Shown: positions 50,714-61,864 of the stretch, one piece after another
How the letters are laid out: the number at the start of each line of letters is the position of its first letter
How positions within the stretch are numbered: position 1 is the stretch's first letter
From: Chiloscyllium plagiosum
Lineage: Eukaryota
Direction of reading: 5' to 3'
DNA length: 64,000 nt
NCBI RefSeq assembly: GCF_004010195.1
Contig: NC_057752.1
Span: forward strand, 665,908 to 729,907
Notes under the pieces: generated by a model
What the model saw: only the letters and a program-made list of their open reading frames with translations
Databases searched by the model: none
Told to the model about the DNA's origin: nothing
Made by a program: the position numbers and the translations under genes

Positions 50714-51502
50714 ATGTGATTTGGGGTTGCCGGTTTTGGACCGGGGTGTACAAAATTACAAATCCCACAACACCAGGTTATAGTTCAACAGGTTTATTTG
50801 GAAGCACTAGCTTTTGGAGCACTGCTCCTTCATCAGGTGTTTGTGGAGTATAAGATTGTACAACATAGAATTTATAGCAAAAGTTTACAGTGTGATGCAA
50901 CTGAAATTATGTCTTGAAAAATACCCGGATTGTTTGTTAAGTCTCTCATGGTTTTGAATGACCATGTTGGTTTCAGTTCTTTCATATGTAAATCCCAGAA
51001 TGTTTTTTAAAGTTACACTCTCAAGTGAACTTTAACCATAGGTGCCATGTCAGCTCAGATAATGCATTGAAGTTGTGAAGTGCCCTGTGTGAGGCTGTCT
51101 GTGTCCCAGTGTTCAGACTGGTTCTATTTCTAATAAAGGGATTTACAGGATCTTATATGGATTCATGCAGTTTTTGAGCAAAATAAAATGTAATTGATCA
51201 AGTACAAATTCACCCCACAAACTGATATGTGTNNNNNNNNNNNNNNNNNNNNNNNNNNNNNNNNNNNNNNNNNNNNNGGGGAGATGAGTGTCTGTGAGAG
51301 TGTGTGTGTATATGTATGTATGTGAGTGTAAAGGGATATAAGGAGAGGCTGTGTGCTTGAGTGTGAGTGTGGATGTGTATCAGTGAGCGTATGAGAGAGA
51401 GCTTGTGTATGAGAGAGGGTCTGTGTGTGTGTTTAGTGCAGTAGGGTCAGCTATAGTGTAACATGAACCGAAGGTCCCGGTTGAGACCATCCCCATAGGT
51501 AC
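50714..51502 (-). mobile_element. PLE family C 3' end with the last codons of GIY-YIG
   Basis: Homologous to the 19200 and 32208 copies; minus-strand TYGDGLNRDLRFMLHYS* at 51447-51500. Confidence 0.87.
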
Positions 51503-52487
51503 ACAGCACTGATCCTTGTGGCACACCACTGATCACAGGCCTCCAGTCTGAAATGCAATCCTCCACCACCACCCTCTGTCTTCTACCTTTGAGCCAGTTC
51601 TGTATCCAAATGGCTAGTTTTCCCTGTATTTCATGAGATCTAACCTTGCTAACCAGTCTCCCATGAGAAACCTTGTTGAACGCCTTACTGAAGTCCATAT
51701 AGATCACATCTACCACTCTGCCCTCAATAATCCTCTTTGTTTACTTCTTCAAAAAACTCAATCAAGTTCGTGAGACATGATTTCCCACGCACAAAGCCAT
51801 GCTGACTATCTCTAATCAGTCCTTGTCTTACCAAATACATGTAAATCCTATCCCTGAGGATGCCCTCCAAGAATGGGTGGCACGGTGGCTCAGTGGTTAG
51901 CACTGCTGCCTCACACCGCCAGTGACCCGGGTTTGATTCCAGCCTTGCGCGACTGTCTGTGTGGAGTTTGCACATTCTCCCCGTGTTTGCATGGGTTTCC
52001 TTCGGGTGCTTCGGTTTCTTCCCACAATTCAAAGATGTGCAGGTTTGGTGAATTGGCCATGCTAACATTGCCCATAGTGTTCAGGGATGTGTGGGTTAGG
52101 TGCATTAGTTAGGGTAAATGTAGAGTGTAATGGGAATGGGTCTGGGTGGTTTATACTTCGGAGGGTCACTGTGGACTTGTTGGGCCGAATGGCCTGTTTC
52201 CATACTGTAGGGATTCTATATTTTAAAAAAAAACCTGCCCACCACCGGTGTCAGGCTTACTGGTACATAGTTCCCTGGCTTTTCCTTACCAACTTTCTTA
52301 AATAGTGGCACCACGTTAGCCAACCTCCAGTCTTCTGGCACCTCACCTGTGACTATCGATGATACAAATATCTCAGCAAGGGCCCCAGCAATCACTTCCG
52401 TAGCTTCCCACAGAGTTCTCAAGTACACTTGATCAGGTCCTTGGGATTTATCCACTTTTATGCATTTCAAGACATCCAAGACTCCTC
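51503..52487 (-). mobile_element. CR1 LINE RT fragment interrupted by HE1 SINE
   Basis: [62 protein letters not shown]. Confidence 0.92.
51875..52219 (+). mobile_element. HE1-type SINE, full length
   Basis: GGGTGGCACGGTGGCTCAGTGG A-box; GGTTTGATTCC B-box; 3' GGGCCGAATGGCCTGTTTCC. Confidence 0.88.
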
Positions 52488-52932
52488 GAGGAATTTAAGT
52501 GTGTACAAGAAAATTTTCTGATTCAGTATGTGGATGTGTCTACTAAAGAAGGTTTAAAACTTGACCTACTCTTGGGAAATAAGGCAGGGCAGGTAACTGA
52601 GCTGTCAGTGGAGGAGCACTTTGGGGCCAGCGACCATAATTCTATTAGTTTTAAAATCGTGGTGGTAAAGGATAGACCAGATTTAAAAGTTGAAGTTCGA
52701 AATTGGAGGAAGGCTAATTTTGACGGGATTAGGCAAGACCTTTCAAAAGCTGATTGGGGGCAGATGTTCGCAGGTAAAGGGACGGCTGGAAAATGGGAAG
52801 CCTTCAACAATGAGATAATGAGAGTCCAGAGACACTATGTTCCTGTTAGGGTGAAAGGAAAGGCTGGTAGATGTGGGGAATGGTGGATGACTGGAGAAAT
52901 TGAGGTTTTGGTTAAGAAAAAGAAGGAAGCAT
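52488..52932 (+). mobile_element. CR1 LINE endonuclease fragment, inverted relative to the adjacent RT fragment
   Basis: LDLLLGNKAGQV..EHFGASDHNSISFK..NWRKANF..KKKKEA. Confidence 0.9.
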
Positions 52933-53691
52933 TTCATTTCATAAATAATTACAAATTTTTACATTGTTTATTAGATTTGGAGAAGAACTTAGCAGCAAAA
53001 TCCAAACATGTTCATTCCAGTAGAGACAGCATTGTAGATAAAGGGCAGAGCAGATTACAACAGTAAAGTGTAATGTACTGTGAGTAACAAGTTACTTGCT
53101 AAGCGTGTCTTCCTTTGTCTACAATACTGCTCTCACTGGTAAACATTGAACTGCATGTCACTTAAAGCAATATTTTTCAATGAAAATTGTTTAATTAAAA
53201 GCTTCTTAGTGTGATTACAGCAGACCTGTTTCAGTGACACTTGCAAGAATGTGTCATTACCTGCAATGGTTTGGAACTTCTTTGCTTGTAGTTTTACCAT
53301 GCTGTGTTTTAAGTGAACAATAATGCTAACTTTTTAATCTCAGTTTCTGAAGGTACTTAGCAGCAGAGATTTACATCAGATGCTCAGCATCCGCAGTGTT
53401 TTATTTCAGAATTTCCAGGATTAACTCTGCAGCTTTTCCAGTCTGATGGTAGCTAAAGGTGAAATAACCAGCAGTCTTTGTGGACTTTTTGTGTGCATTC
53501 AATACAGAGAGCAGCAAAGTTGACAAAAGGCAGTAAAACATTGAACCACAGCTTGAAAGCTTTGATTGAGCAATTTTCATTGAAAATATTTGCTTTAAGC
53601 AGTGCGCAGCACAAGTGAGAACAGTAATACAAAGAAAGGGACAAGTTGGAGGATGTCATACTTAAAATTATACAAGATTCTGGTCAGACCA

Positions 53692-53899
53692 CAGTTTCAG
53701 TTCTGCTATAACACAGTAGTTCCATTCTCGCTCAATCGTGTTACAAGAAAATCATGTAATAGCAGCACCATTTAAACTAATGGGGCCAGAATTGCATTAT
53801 AACCAATACATGCTTATTGGTTAGAAACAGTGTCCCCACTTTGTCAATTGCATTATAGAGGATTTGCATTAACGAAATGCGTGTTATAGCTGAACGACT
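53692..53899. mobile_element. Pogo/Tigger-like MITE
   Basis: Terminal inverted repeats GTTCTGCTATAACAC / GTGTTATAGCTGAAC with internal ATAAC-type subterminal repeats; no ORF. Confidence 0.5.
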
Positions 53900-54562
53900 T
53901 TTTTTGAGTCCAGTTAAGGTCATAGAGACACTATTAATATATTCATAAAATGGAATTCGTGCAGGGGAGGACTACAAGGGTGATTATGAGGAAAGAGATC
54001 AGCGCTCAGAAAATCCTCCAGTAATAATTTTGTGTGGGTCCTCCGGCACTGACCAAACTGAAATTTGCTAGCACAGTGGAAGAGAGGGCACCTCATTTAC
54101 AAGGGCCAGGTGGCATAAACGCTACTTGGGGCACATCTTGGGCTCTCACCTGGCTATGACTATTGGAAAACCCTGGTGCTTGTCCTGGGGAGTAGGGATT
54201 GTCCAGGTGGCACGCCCTCATATTCACAAATGGTCCTTTAAGCCCCCAAAAGAGGAAGCTGGTTTGTACCATTTTAAAAACAGTAGTTTGAAAATTCATT
54301 GAGGGTGGAATGGGGTGGTCTGGAGCCTATCTATGTCTCTGAGCCAGCTGGTTATGCTGTGACTTAGTTACTTGGTGTAATGTTCACCACTATCACACTA
54401 GACCCAACTGGAACCTGAGGTTGGAGTGGATAGTCTGAGTTTGGGAGAACTCATCCCTGAGCATCATTTACCTTTCAAGGGGTGGACAGAAATTCTGTCC
54501 TCACTGCTCATAGTAGAAAGTCCAGCCAGTCAGGAACCAATTAGGTTCCTTGGGAATTTGAT

Positions 54563-54695
54563 TCTGATGCAAGGTCACTGACCTGAAATGTTAACTGTGT
54601 TTCTATTTCCGCAGATGCTGCCAGACCAGCTGAGTATTTACACCATGTTCTGTTTTTACTTTAGATTTCCAGCATCTACAGTATTTTGATTTTTT
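54563..54695 (+). mobile_element. PLE family D solo arm with tail, decayed hammerhead
   Basis: CTGATGCAAGGTCACTGACCTGAAATGTTAACTG..CAGATGCTGCCAGACC..ATTTCCAGCATCT. Confidence 0.68.
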
Positions 54696-56258
54696 TTTAA
54701 CCCTGGTTCCTCTTGCTGGCATTCCATTGGATGCAGTAGGAGATATGCCGAACTCTGATGGAATTTATTTTTGGCTTAACACAGAAAGGAGCCATCCGAG
54801 AGATGATTATATAGAGTTATGCAAGATAGTTAGTAATATAATAAAAGGTTAATCTGAAATAGTACTTAAAATGAAATTGTGGGAAGAAGATTGAGGATGC
54901 AAGTAGAAACTGCTAATAGCCAAATTTAAAACTGACATCAGGAAATTCTTCTTCACTCAGGAGAGTGTTCAGCACTTGAAAATGAGTGTATCTGTCGAAT
55001 GGTCAGAAGTGAACATCTAACCTCCAGTGTGATACATTTTTATTTTAAGAGTGTGTTTAACTATTTATTTCAGTCTGTACCAGAAATTTGGATTATGTAC
55101 TGGCTGCTGTCATGTGACATTAAGCTGACTTTTTAAAAAAATGTTTAATCCACTGGCCACTACTTTATTTTATTTTTATTTGGTGCATTGCAGACACCAC
55201 CTCTTTTCATGTTTGAGACATATGCAGCCAATTGACTTGTTAGATTTGATGTTGAAGATGTTGAATTCCTGTCTACTGTGTGATTTACTTAAATTGTTAT
55301 TGAGATTGACAGTTGTAGTCTTCCCATGATTTTAGGAGGTTTTGTCTCATGCTGTCTTCTCACTGTCTCTCCTGCCAATCAACATGGTATCCACCCATTT
55401 TCTGACTGAAATTCTGAGTGTGTTTTTTTGTTGTAAATTGTAGCTCACACAAACAGCTTGCTGGCTCTCTTCCCTTTAATGTGAGATGTCATCCTGCATC
55501 CATGTTGCTTCATCCGCAGTAATTGCCTTACTGACAAATGAGGGATGGATTTCTACACAAACTATTAACACTGAGCAACCTATCACCCCACTCATCCTCT
55601 CTATACGGTAGTTGATAGTTCTACCACTTTTAAATAATGATCAAATTCCTAATGTAGGTGTATTAATGAAGGAGTGGCTGAAGTGGGAGGAGGTAACCAT
55701 TAAACATAAGGCATTGTTTCCTTGGAGCTGAAAGGGGATGGGAATTCCAGTCCACATTTTCCAGAAGACCCCCACTGAGCTTTTCAGGTCTGAATCAATG
55801 TGAATTCTCAATGTATACTCTGGTGTCTTCATTATCTCATCAAGCTGTTTGATCCAAGAAGTGTTGAAAGGATTTCAGTGGTTACCTCCTCAGAATTGGG
55901 GCTTGCTTCATCTTATTTTCAGCCTTGAAATGTTTTTGTATAATTTTCTCCCCCTGTTCAGTATATCCTCCACTTGTTTTTGGCACCTGATATGCAAATA
56001 GGAATATGTCCGGAAACCTTGGAAAGAGAGCTGCAGCTGTGGTAAGGGAAGGGTGGGGGGGTGTCTGTATTGTGTAATGAGGATGCTTCATGCCTCGGAT
56101 GATCTCTATTCTGCAGCGCAAAGCATGCATCCTTTTGTATTACATTGTGGAATCTAAGAAGCCTAACACACAGAGAATTGTTGTCCGGATGGGTGGTCTG
56201 TGATGGGAAGGGGCCATGAGCCTTTCAGAGCCCCGTGCTACCTTCGTACTCTGAACCC

Positions 56259-57576
56259 ATGAACAGAGGAGCAATCTTGCAACGAAGGACTACTTTTCAT
56301 ATCTCTCTCACGCTAGTGAAATTAGAGCCTCTGAGCGATGGAGGCAGTGGGAGTGAGACTTGTCAGAGGGACAAAGCTACCTCATCGGAAGAGGAACCTG
56401 ATGCCAAGGCTGCAGGAAAGATTTCTTTATTGTACGGCAACAAAAATGCTTCTGGCCAGCGACCTAAAGGTCCCCAAAATTTGAGGTTAAATGTTATCGA
56501 GAATGTGGAGCCAATTGAATCTAGAACAATAGATGATCGAAGCAGCTTCAGTATTCGAAATGATGAATTGGGTGCTGGTGCCAGATCAGCCTGGGTTGAA
56601 GTGCATGAATTACCAAGCAAAGTCCAAGTTGAACCAACGCTAAAATCTGTGAATAAATCTGAAAATGTAGGATTGTTGTCTTTTTCTACACTCTGTGCCA
56701 AGTCCACAGGCCAGTGCAGACATACTGATTTTAATGGTGCTAATGAGAAGAATCAAGATGATCACATTCAACCCCCATGCCAGTTGTGTGCTGTTGCCAA
56801 GATTGAGGAGAATCTTGCCAGTCCTTTGGCTTTGGAGAAAAGCCACACGAAAACACAGACTGAAGTTGACCATCCGAGAAGATCTGAGGCAGAAGGAGTC
56901 TTGAAAGATCAAACTGAGAAAGCCATGAGCCTTCACATCCCACCAGAGCAATCACTAGAAAGTAAATGTCTTGATATTCAAATCGAGAAGAAAGCTCAAG
57001 TTGAAAGGGACCTGCCACAAGAAAAGGCTATGACTGTTTCTCAACATGTGGAGAAAAGTAATGTAAAACCTAAGCCCCAATCTCTGCCTGTGATTGCTGA
57101 GAAAAGTCCAGGTATGCTGAGAAGTTCCAGTGGCAACCAGGGTAAAGCTGAACCAATTAAAACCTCAGGGAAAAAGGAAAAGAATCTTCGTCATACCAAC
57201 TGCTTGTCTTGGCAAGAGACTGAAATGAAGATGAAAATTCAAATGAGTAACAGGAAGTATTCCAGAGTAGAAAGCCTGAGGAGCACTGGGGAGATGTTCC
57301 ACAGGAGAGGTACACAGGTAACAACTGAACAAGGGAAGGGAAAGAGCAGAACACTGGATAACAGTGACATTCATACTCTTTCTGAAGACCTTGAACAAGG
57401 CCGGGGCATCCCAACGCCAGAGAGAACCAAGTCCAATGCACGGGATCGAAAGATGTTAAAATTTATCAGTGGAATTTTCACCAAGAGTGCAGGCGCTGTG
57501 TCTGTCTCACCTGCAAGTGGTGGATTAACTCAAAGGGAGTTTGCTGCTGGAGCCAAAGGTCCCTCCTCAAATCAAA
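56259..57576 (+). CDS. AGAP2: First coding exon of the long isoform of ArfGAP with GTPase domain, ankyrin repeat and PH domain 2 (PIKE-L N-terminal extension); gene continues beyond the window
   Basis: Stop-free 439 codons + 1 nt from ATG 56259, with an in-frame TGA upstream at 56217. Four blocks match mammalian PIKE-L as I recall it: [23 protein letters not shown] (cf. [25 protein letters not shown]), LSWQETE (cf. LSWPESE), KGKSRTLDNSDIH (cf. KGKSKTLDNSDLH) and RDRKMLKFISGIFTKS (identical). The donor AAA|GTAAGC at 57576/57577 is phase 1, which fits joining to the shared exon encoding ..NSQEWTLSRS. Confidence 0.9.
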
Positions 57577-59067
57577 GTAAGCACAAAATTAGCTCAACTT
57601 ACTCTTTTTAAATCAGTTTACTGATGTTTGTCCTGGGCTACAAAGACATTTATCTGCTTTTTTTTGAAGGAAAAAATATCCCCAATCCAATTTTCTTGCC
57701 TCACATACTGAAAATGCTGAATCCTAATGGGCCATTCTGGGTTCCCTTGCATACTTCAGCTAGATGACCATTCTACATGCATTGGTCTCGACACTCCGAG
57801 TCGCATTAATCTTCAGAGGCATCACAGATAAACCTGGTATTGTCCTCAATCACCATGTGCTAGTGAGAGCACACTTCCTAGCTGGAGTCTCTGGATAGCA
57901 GTTAAGAAAGAAGACCCTAGTTATAGAGACTGTCTCTATGTTACACAGCTAATATTGTTTTCCCTCTTCCACTCCCATCCTCGGGGTACTGACTGGGATC
58001 ATCAACTAACTTGATGCTGCCAGGGATTAAACTGGCACTTTACAAAGAAGTAATATTTAATCAGCCATCAATGGGATTTAGTGTCACCCTACCTGCTCTA
58101 TCTGAAATTGGCTCCAATCCGAAACAATATGGTTGACTTTTAATGCCCCCAGGGCTCTTAAGGAAAGGGAATAAATGCTGTTTTATAAGATTTGCCCACC
58201 AAAAAAAATGCTGTTAACCTCAGAATTGAGTCGTTTCTCTTAGAAGATAAAAGATTAAGGATTGATTTAATAGCAGTGTTTAGTTTTATGAAGGATGGAA
58301 CAGAATATTTAAGACATGCTGTCTCCAACAATTGACAAGCTGCAAATAAGAAGGCATTGGTGTAAGATCATGAGATTTAGGACAGAGAGCAAGAGAATTG
58401 TTTTTTCACACAGGGTTACAAAGCTGTGGAATGCACTGCTGGAGTTTAGTGATTAAAACAAAAATCATATTAAGATACAAGAATTATTGAAGAATAAAAA
58501 GGATAACAGGAAATGGGAGTGGAGTGCAGACATCAGATAAGGATTACAGATTATGTGGACTTTAAACACCAGCATGGACTGGTTGGGGCAAAAGGCCAGT
58601 TACCATTTCCACATCATTGTGTAAACAATAGCCTTTTTTTGATGGGATTGGAGTATGTCAATCTTCCAGTCTGTTATGCCAGAGGCCCATGTACTGTGTT
58701 CTTGACCTAAGCCATGAATTTGGAGTGGGTGTCAAGAACAAGGCACTTTGCAAGAGCAAACTTTTGTGCAGCCTTTTTCTCCTCAAATAGAATTGGAATC
58801 AGCAGAGGGCTGGAAGCAGGTTGGCTGTCCCTCTCTCTCCTAAAGGGTGGGTGAGTTGGGAACAGAATGTGTTAAATGGAACAGTTGTGTAGCTCATCAA
58901 AAGAAGGATAAATATTACAATGGGATACTTCTAGCAGTGCCTACATTGTGTTTGGCTGTATGGAGAAAGAGAAAAACTGGACTAAATGGAAGAAGCACGT
59001 CTCAGTCTGATGGACTTTTCTTGTTCTGGATAGTAAGAATACAGACTGTGCTGCAAAGAGATTGAGT

Positions 59068-60375
59068 AAAGGAAGAACTTCCATTTATTTACTGTCTTTT
59101 ATGATCTTTGGACATCCCAAAGCACTTTACAGCCAATGAAGTATGTTTGAATTGTAGTCACCATTGTCGAAACGTAGAAAATGTAGAAAAATCAAATAGT
59201 TGTTATGCAATTCAGAACTTTGAGTATTCTTGAAAACAATTTGTCAACGCTTTTCACCTTGCACTCATCAGGACAATTCACACAAAATACCAATGTAAAA
59301 GAAAAATAACATTTAGCTGTATGAGAGGAGAGAGCTGATTGGTGGTTGACAAGGGAGCTCTGATTGAAAGAGGCATTGCTAGGGTAACATTCTGACTGAT
59401 GATGACTGACAGTTAACTGCTAAACTTTGTTTAAATTTTAAACCAGGCAGATTGACTCTGATTGGTCAAGGCATTGCCCTGGAAAATGAACCAGAGAAAG
59501 TCTTTCACCTAGTTTGTTACATTGCAATAGGCGACTGTATATAAATGTCCTTTCTATCTGCAAAAAACAAGTCTGTAATCATTAATTTACATAGCTTCCA
59601 GTACACGAATGTGCATCACACTGCAAGCCTGACAGTCTATCCTAAATTGATGGTCAGCCCAATTCTGTGAGTGCTCAACATTACTTTGCAAATGTCAGTC
59701 ATGGAATCAGATCAACGTTGGACACTTCTGAGTTTTGCAAGCACAGGCTGCTTGGGTATGGTCAGTGTCTTGCTTACTGTGAATTCTAAAAGGATATACT
59801 GTTTAATATTATCCAATCTTTAGGATGCTTGGCATAGACACCTATCATCACACAGAGCCTTGAAATTCATATACTGTATTATTCATTGTCTGACAGATAA
59901 GACTGGCAGTCATCATCCAACTGGTGCATTCTTCATGGCAATACCTCTGATAATCAGAGTCCTCTTGCGAACCAATCTGTTCTTCTTTCATATTGTATAA
60001 ATGTTGTTCTCCATTTACATTGGTATTTCTTGTGAATTGTCCTGGTGGGTGCAAATGGGTGTATATTTTTAGCAATATCCAAATGTAAGAAATGCGCCAG
60101 CTACAAACACTAGTGAGATCATGACCAAATAATATGTTGTTGTGTGTAATATTGACTGAGGGATGAACATTAGCTAGGTCACTAGGGAAACTCTTCCCTG
60201 GGATCTTTTATGTCCAATTGAACGGGCACATAGGGCTTTGGTTTAGCATCTCATCTGAAACATGGCATTGGTGATGATGTAGAAAACCTTCAGTCCTGCA
60301 CTGGAGTATCAGATTGAAATGGAAATTATGAGCTTCAGTCTGGAGTGAAATGTGAACCCAAACTTGATGTCTGTG
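59068..60375 (-). mobile_element. DeuSINE split by PLE family E (pieces 59068-59185 and 60080-60375)
   Basis: CCCAAAGCACTTTACAGCCAATGAAGTA tail; GGGATCTTTTATGTCCA..GGTTTAGCATCTCATCTGAAA Deu domain. Confidence 0.65.
59190..60080 (-). mobile_element. Penelope-like element family E, old, with inverted terminal copy
   Basis: Arms about 59257-59314 / 59997-60056; minus-strand hammerhead relic TGTC-CTGATGA-GTGCAAGGT-GAAA-AGCGTT-GACA at 59242-59275; decayed HIRVLEA...FCR.K.H GIY-YIG C-terminal motif at about 59540-59620. Confidence 0.68.
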
Positions 60376-60473
60376 CAGCAAGTATATAAATGCAAAGACT
60401 TACAACTGTAAATAGGTTGTATCCTTATATAAGGTAATGGTAAGACTCTATCTGTGGTACTGTGTGCAGTTCA

Positions 60474-60798
60474 TAGAATTCCTACAGTGTGGAAACACAC
60501 AATTTGGCCCAACAAGTGACACCAATGCTCCAAAGAGCATCCCACTCAGACCCAAGCCTGCATTTCCTGCAGCTAATGAACCTAATCTACACATCCCTGA
60601 ACACTATGGGCAATTTAGCATGGCCAATCCACCTAACTTGCACATCTTTGGACTGGAGGGAACTGGAGCACCTGGCAGAAACTCACGCAGACACAGGGAG
60701 AACATGCAAACTCCACACAGACTGTCGCCCAAGGTTGGAATCGAACCCAGGACCCTGGCACTGTGAGGGAGCAGTGCTAACCACTGAGCCACTGTGCC
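60474..60798 (-). mobile_element. HE1-type SINE
   Basis: Minus strand GGCACAGTGGCTCAGTGG A-box; GGTTCGATTCC B-box. Confidence 0.88.
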
Positions 60799-60799
60799 T

Positions 60800-61830
60800 A
60801 ATCACAGAAAGGACTTTACTGCCCTTCCTGGGGGACATAGGGCAATAGAGATGATTTCAGATATCATGACAGTCGGAGGTCACCTCTTGTTGCGATATCA
60901 ATTCTGTTCCTGATTTTGTCAAGGAAACTGCCTTGCACAATCCACTCTCAACCAAATATGCTGAGGGAAAGGTAATAAAAAATATTTGGACATTTTCCCA
61001 CAGAGTTGGAAATTTATTCGGCAGAGCATTTGTGAGTATTTCCAGTTTTAGCAATCAGTTTACTAATTTTGTATGATGCAACAAAACCCTTCTCTAGTTT
61101 CTGTGACTTTTGAGTAAGCATTTGTTTCAGCGTTGGCCTTCTCTCAAAATTATCTCGAAGATTTTTGAAGAGATCTAAGGGTTTAACCTTCTTATCTGGA
61201 TGCAAGGTATCCAAATGTTTTTTCAATTTGCTTGGCCTCGTGTTTTCATTTGACAATATAGTCATGCAGTTCAAACACATGGGCAAAGATGGGTTTTGTG
61301 GAGATGCGATAAAACCACACGATAAGTATTCCACTGAACACTGCCAACATGTTTTTTTCGCCAAGGAATATATGGGTAGAATTATTTCTGAAAATAATAA
61401 AAATAATCATGAGGCACTTCTTACAAGGAAAATAATGAGCAAATGAACTAGGATAAAAAAGGCCTAGCAAGACAGGCTGATCTTCGGATAATGAAGCATG
61501 GTGATAATGGATGCAAGAGCCCTTGATTGAATACTTTAACCCAGTGCAGTATGATACGTGACTGACTCTGAAGTGAGGCTGTGTAGGAGGAGCTTAAGCA
61601 ATTAATTTACCAGGTGCGCTGAATTCAAACTGTGCGTTAAAGAGCCTCCCTATTAAAGGAGGGAAACTATTGACTCCAATGAAGGTTGTTGCTTGGGTAT
61701 TTCATGGGTTCAGTTACCAGGGCCCCGATAAACCCTTGGGGCTCCCCTTCTCACAGTTTTCAGTCTGTGGCCCCCTTCAAATATGCCAGGACCACTAAGG
61801 GGACTATATGATCCCTGTTAAGAATGGCTG
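60800..61830 (-). mobile_element. hAT DNA transposon relic, Buster/Charlie (ZBED5/SCAND3-like) group; BED-finger N-terminus at 61014-61364
   Basis: SVEYLSCGFI..PMCLNCMTILSNENTRPSKLKKHLDTLHPDKK..ASYKISKLIAKTG; Charlie-like terminus CAGCCATTCTTAAC at 61830; left boundary uncertain. Confidence 0.8.
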
Positions 61831-61864
61831 CCCGAAAGTAAGGGAAGACCTTGAAGAACGGAGA

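Noticed and set aside
51447..51716. In-frame CR1 RT / Penelope GIY-YIG fusion ORF (..[18 protein letters not shown]..)
   Set aside because: Chance junction of two truncated relics; 89 aa, no intact domain
1..56200. Alternative short-isoform (PIKE-A-type) first exon or downstream GTPase-domain exons of AGAP2
   Set aside because: No matching peptide recognised by eye or in the ORF track; whether this region is intron or intergenic is unresolved
56235..57611. ORF-track boundaries (GTG start, stop at 57611) as a single-exon 458-aa gene
   Set aside because: Homology starts at ATG 56259, and a canonical donor at 57577 precedes the stop; the last 11 codons are intronic read-through
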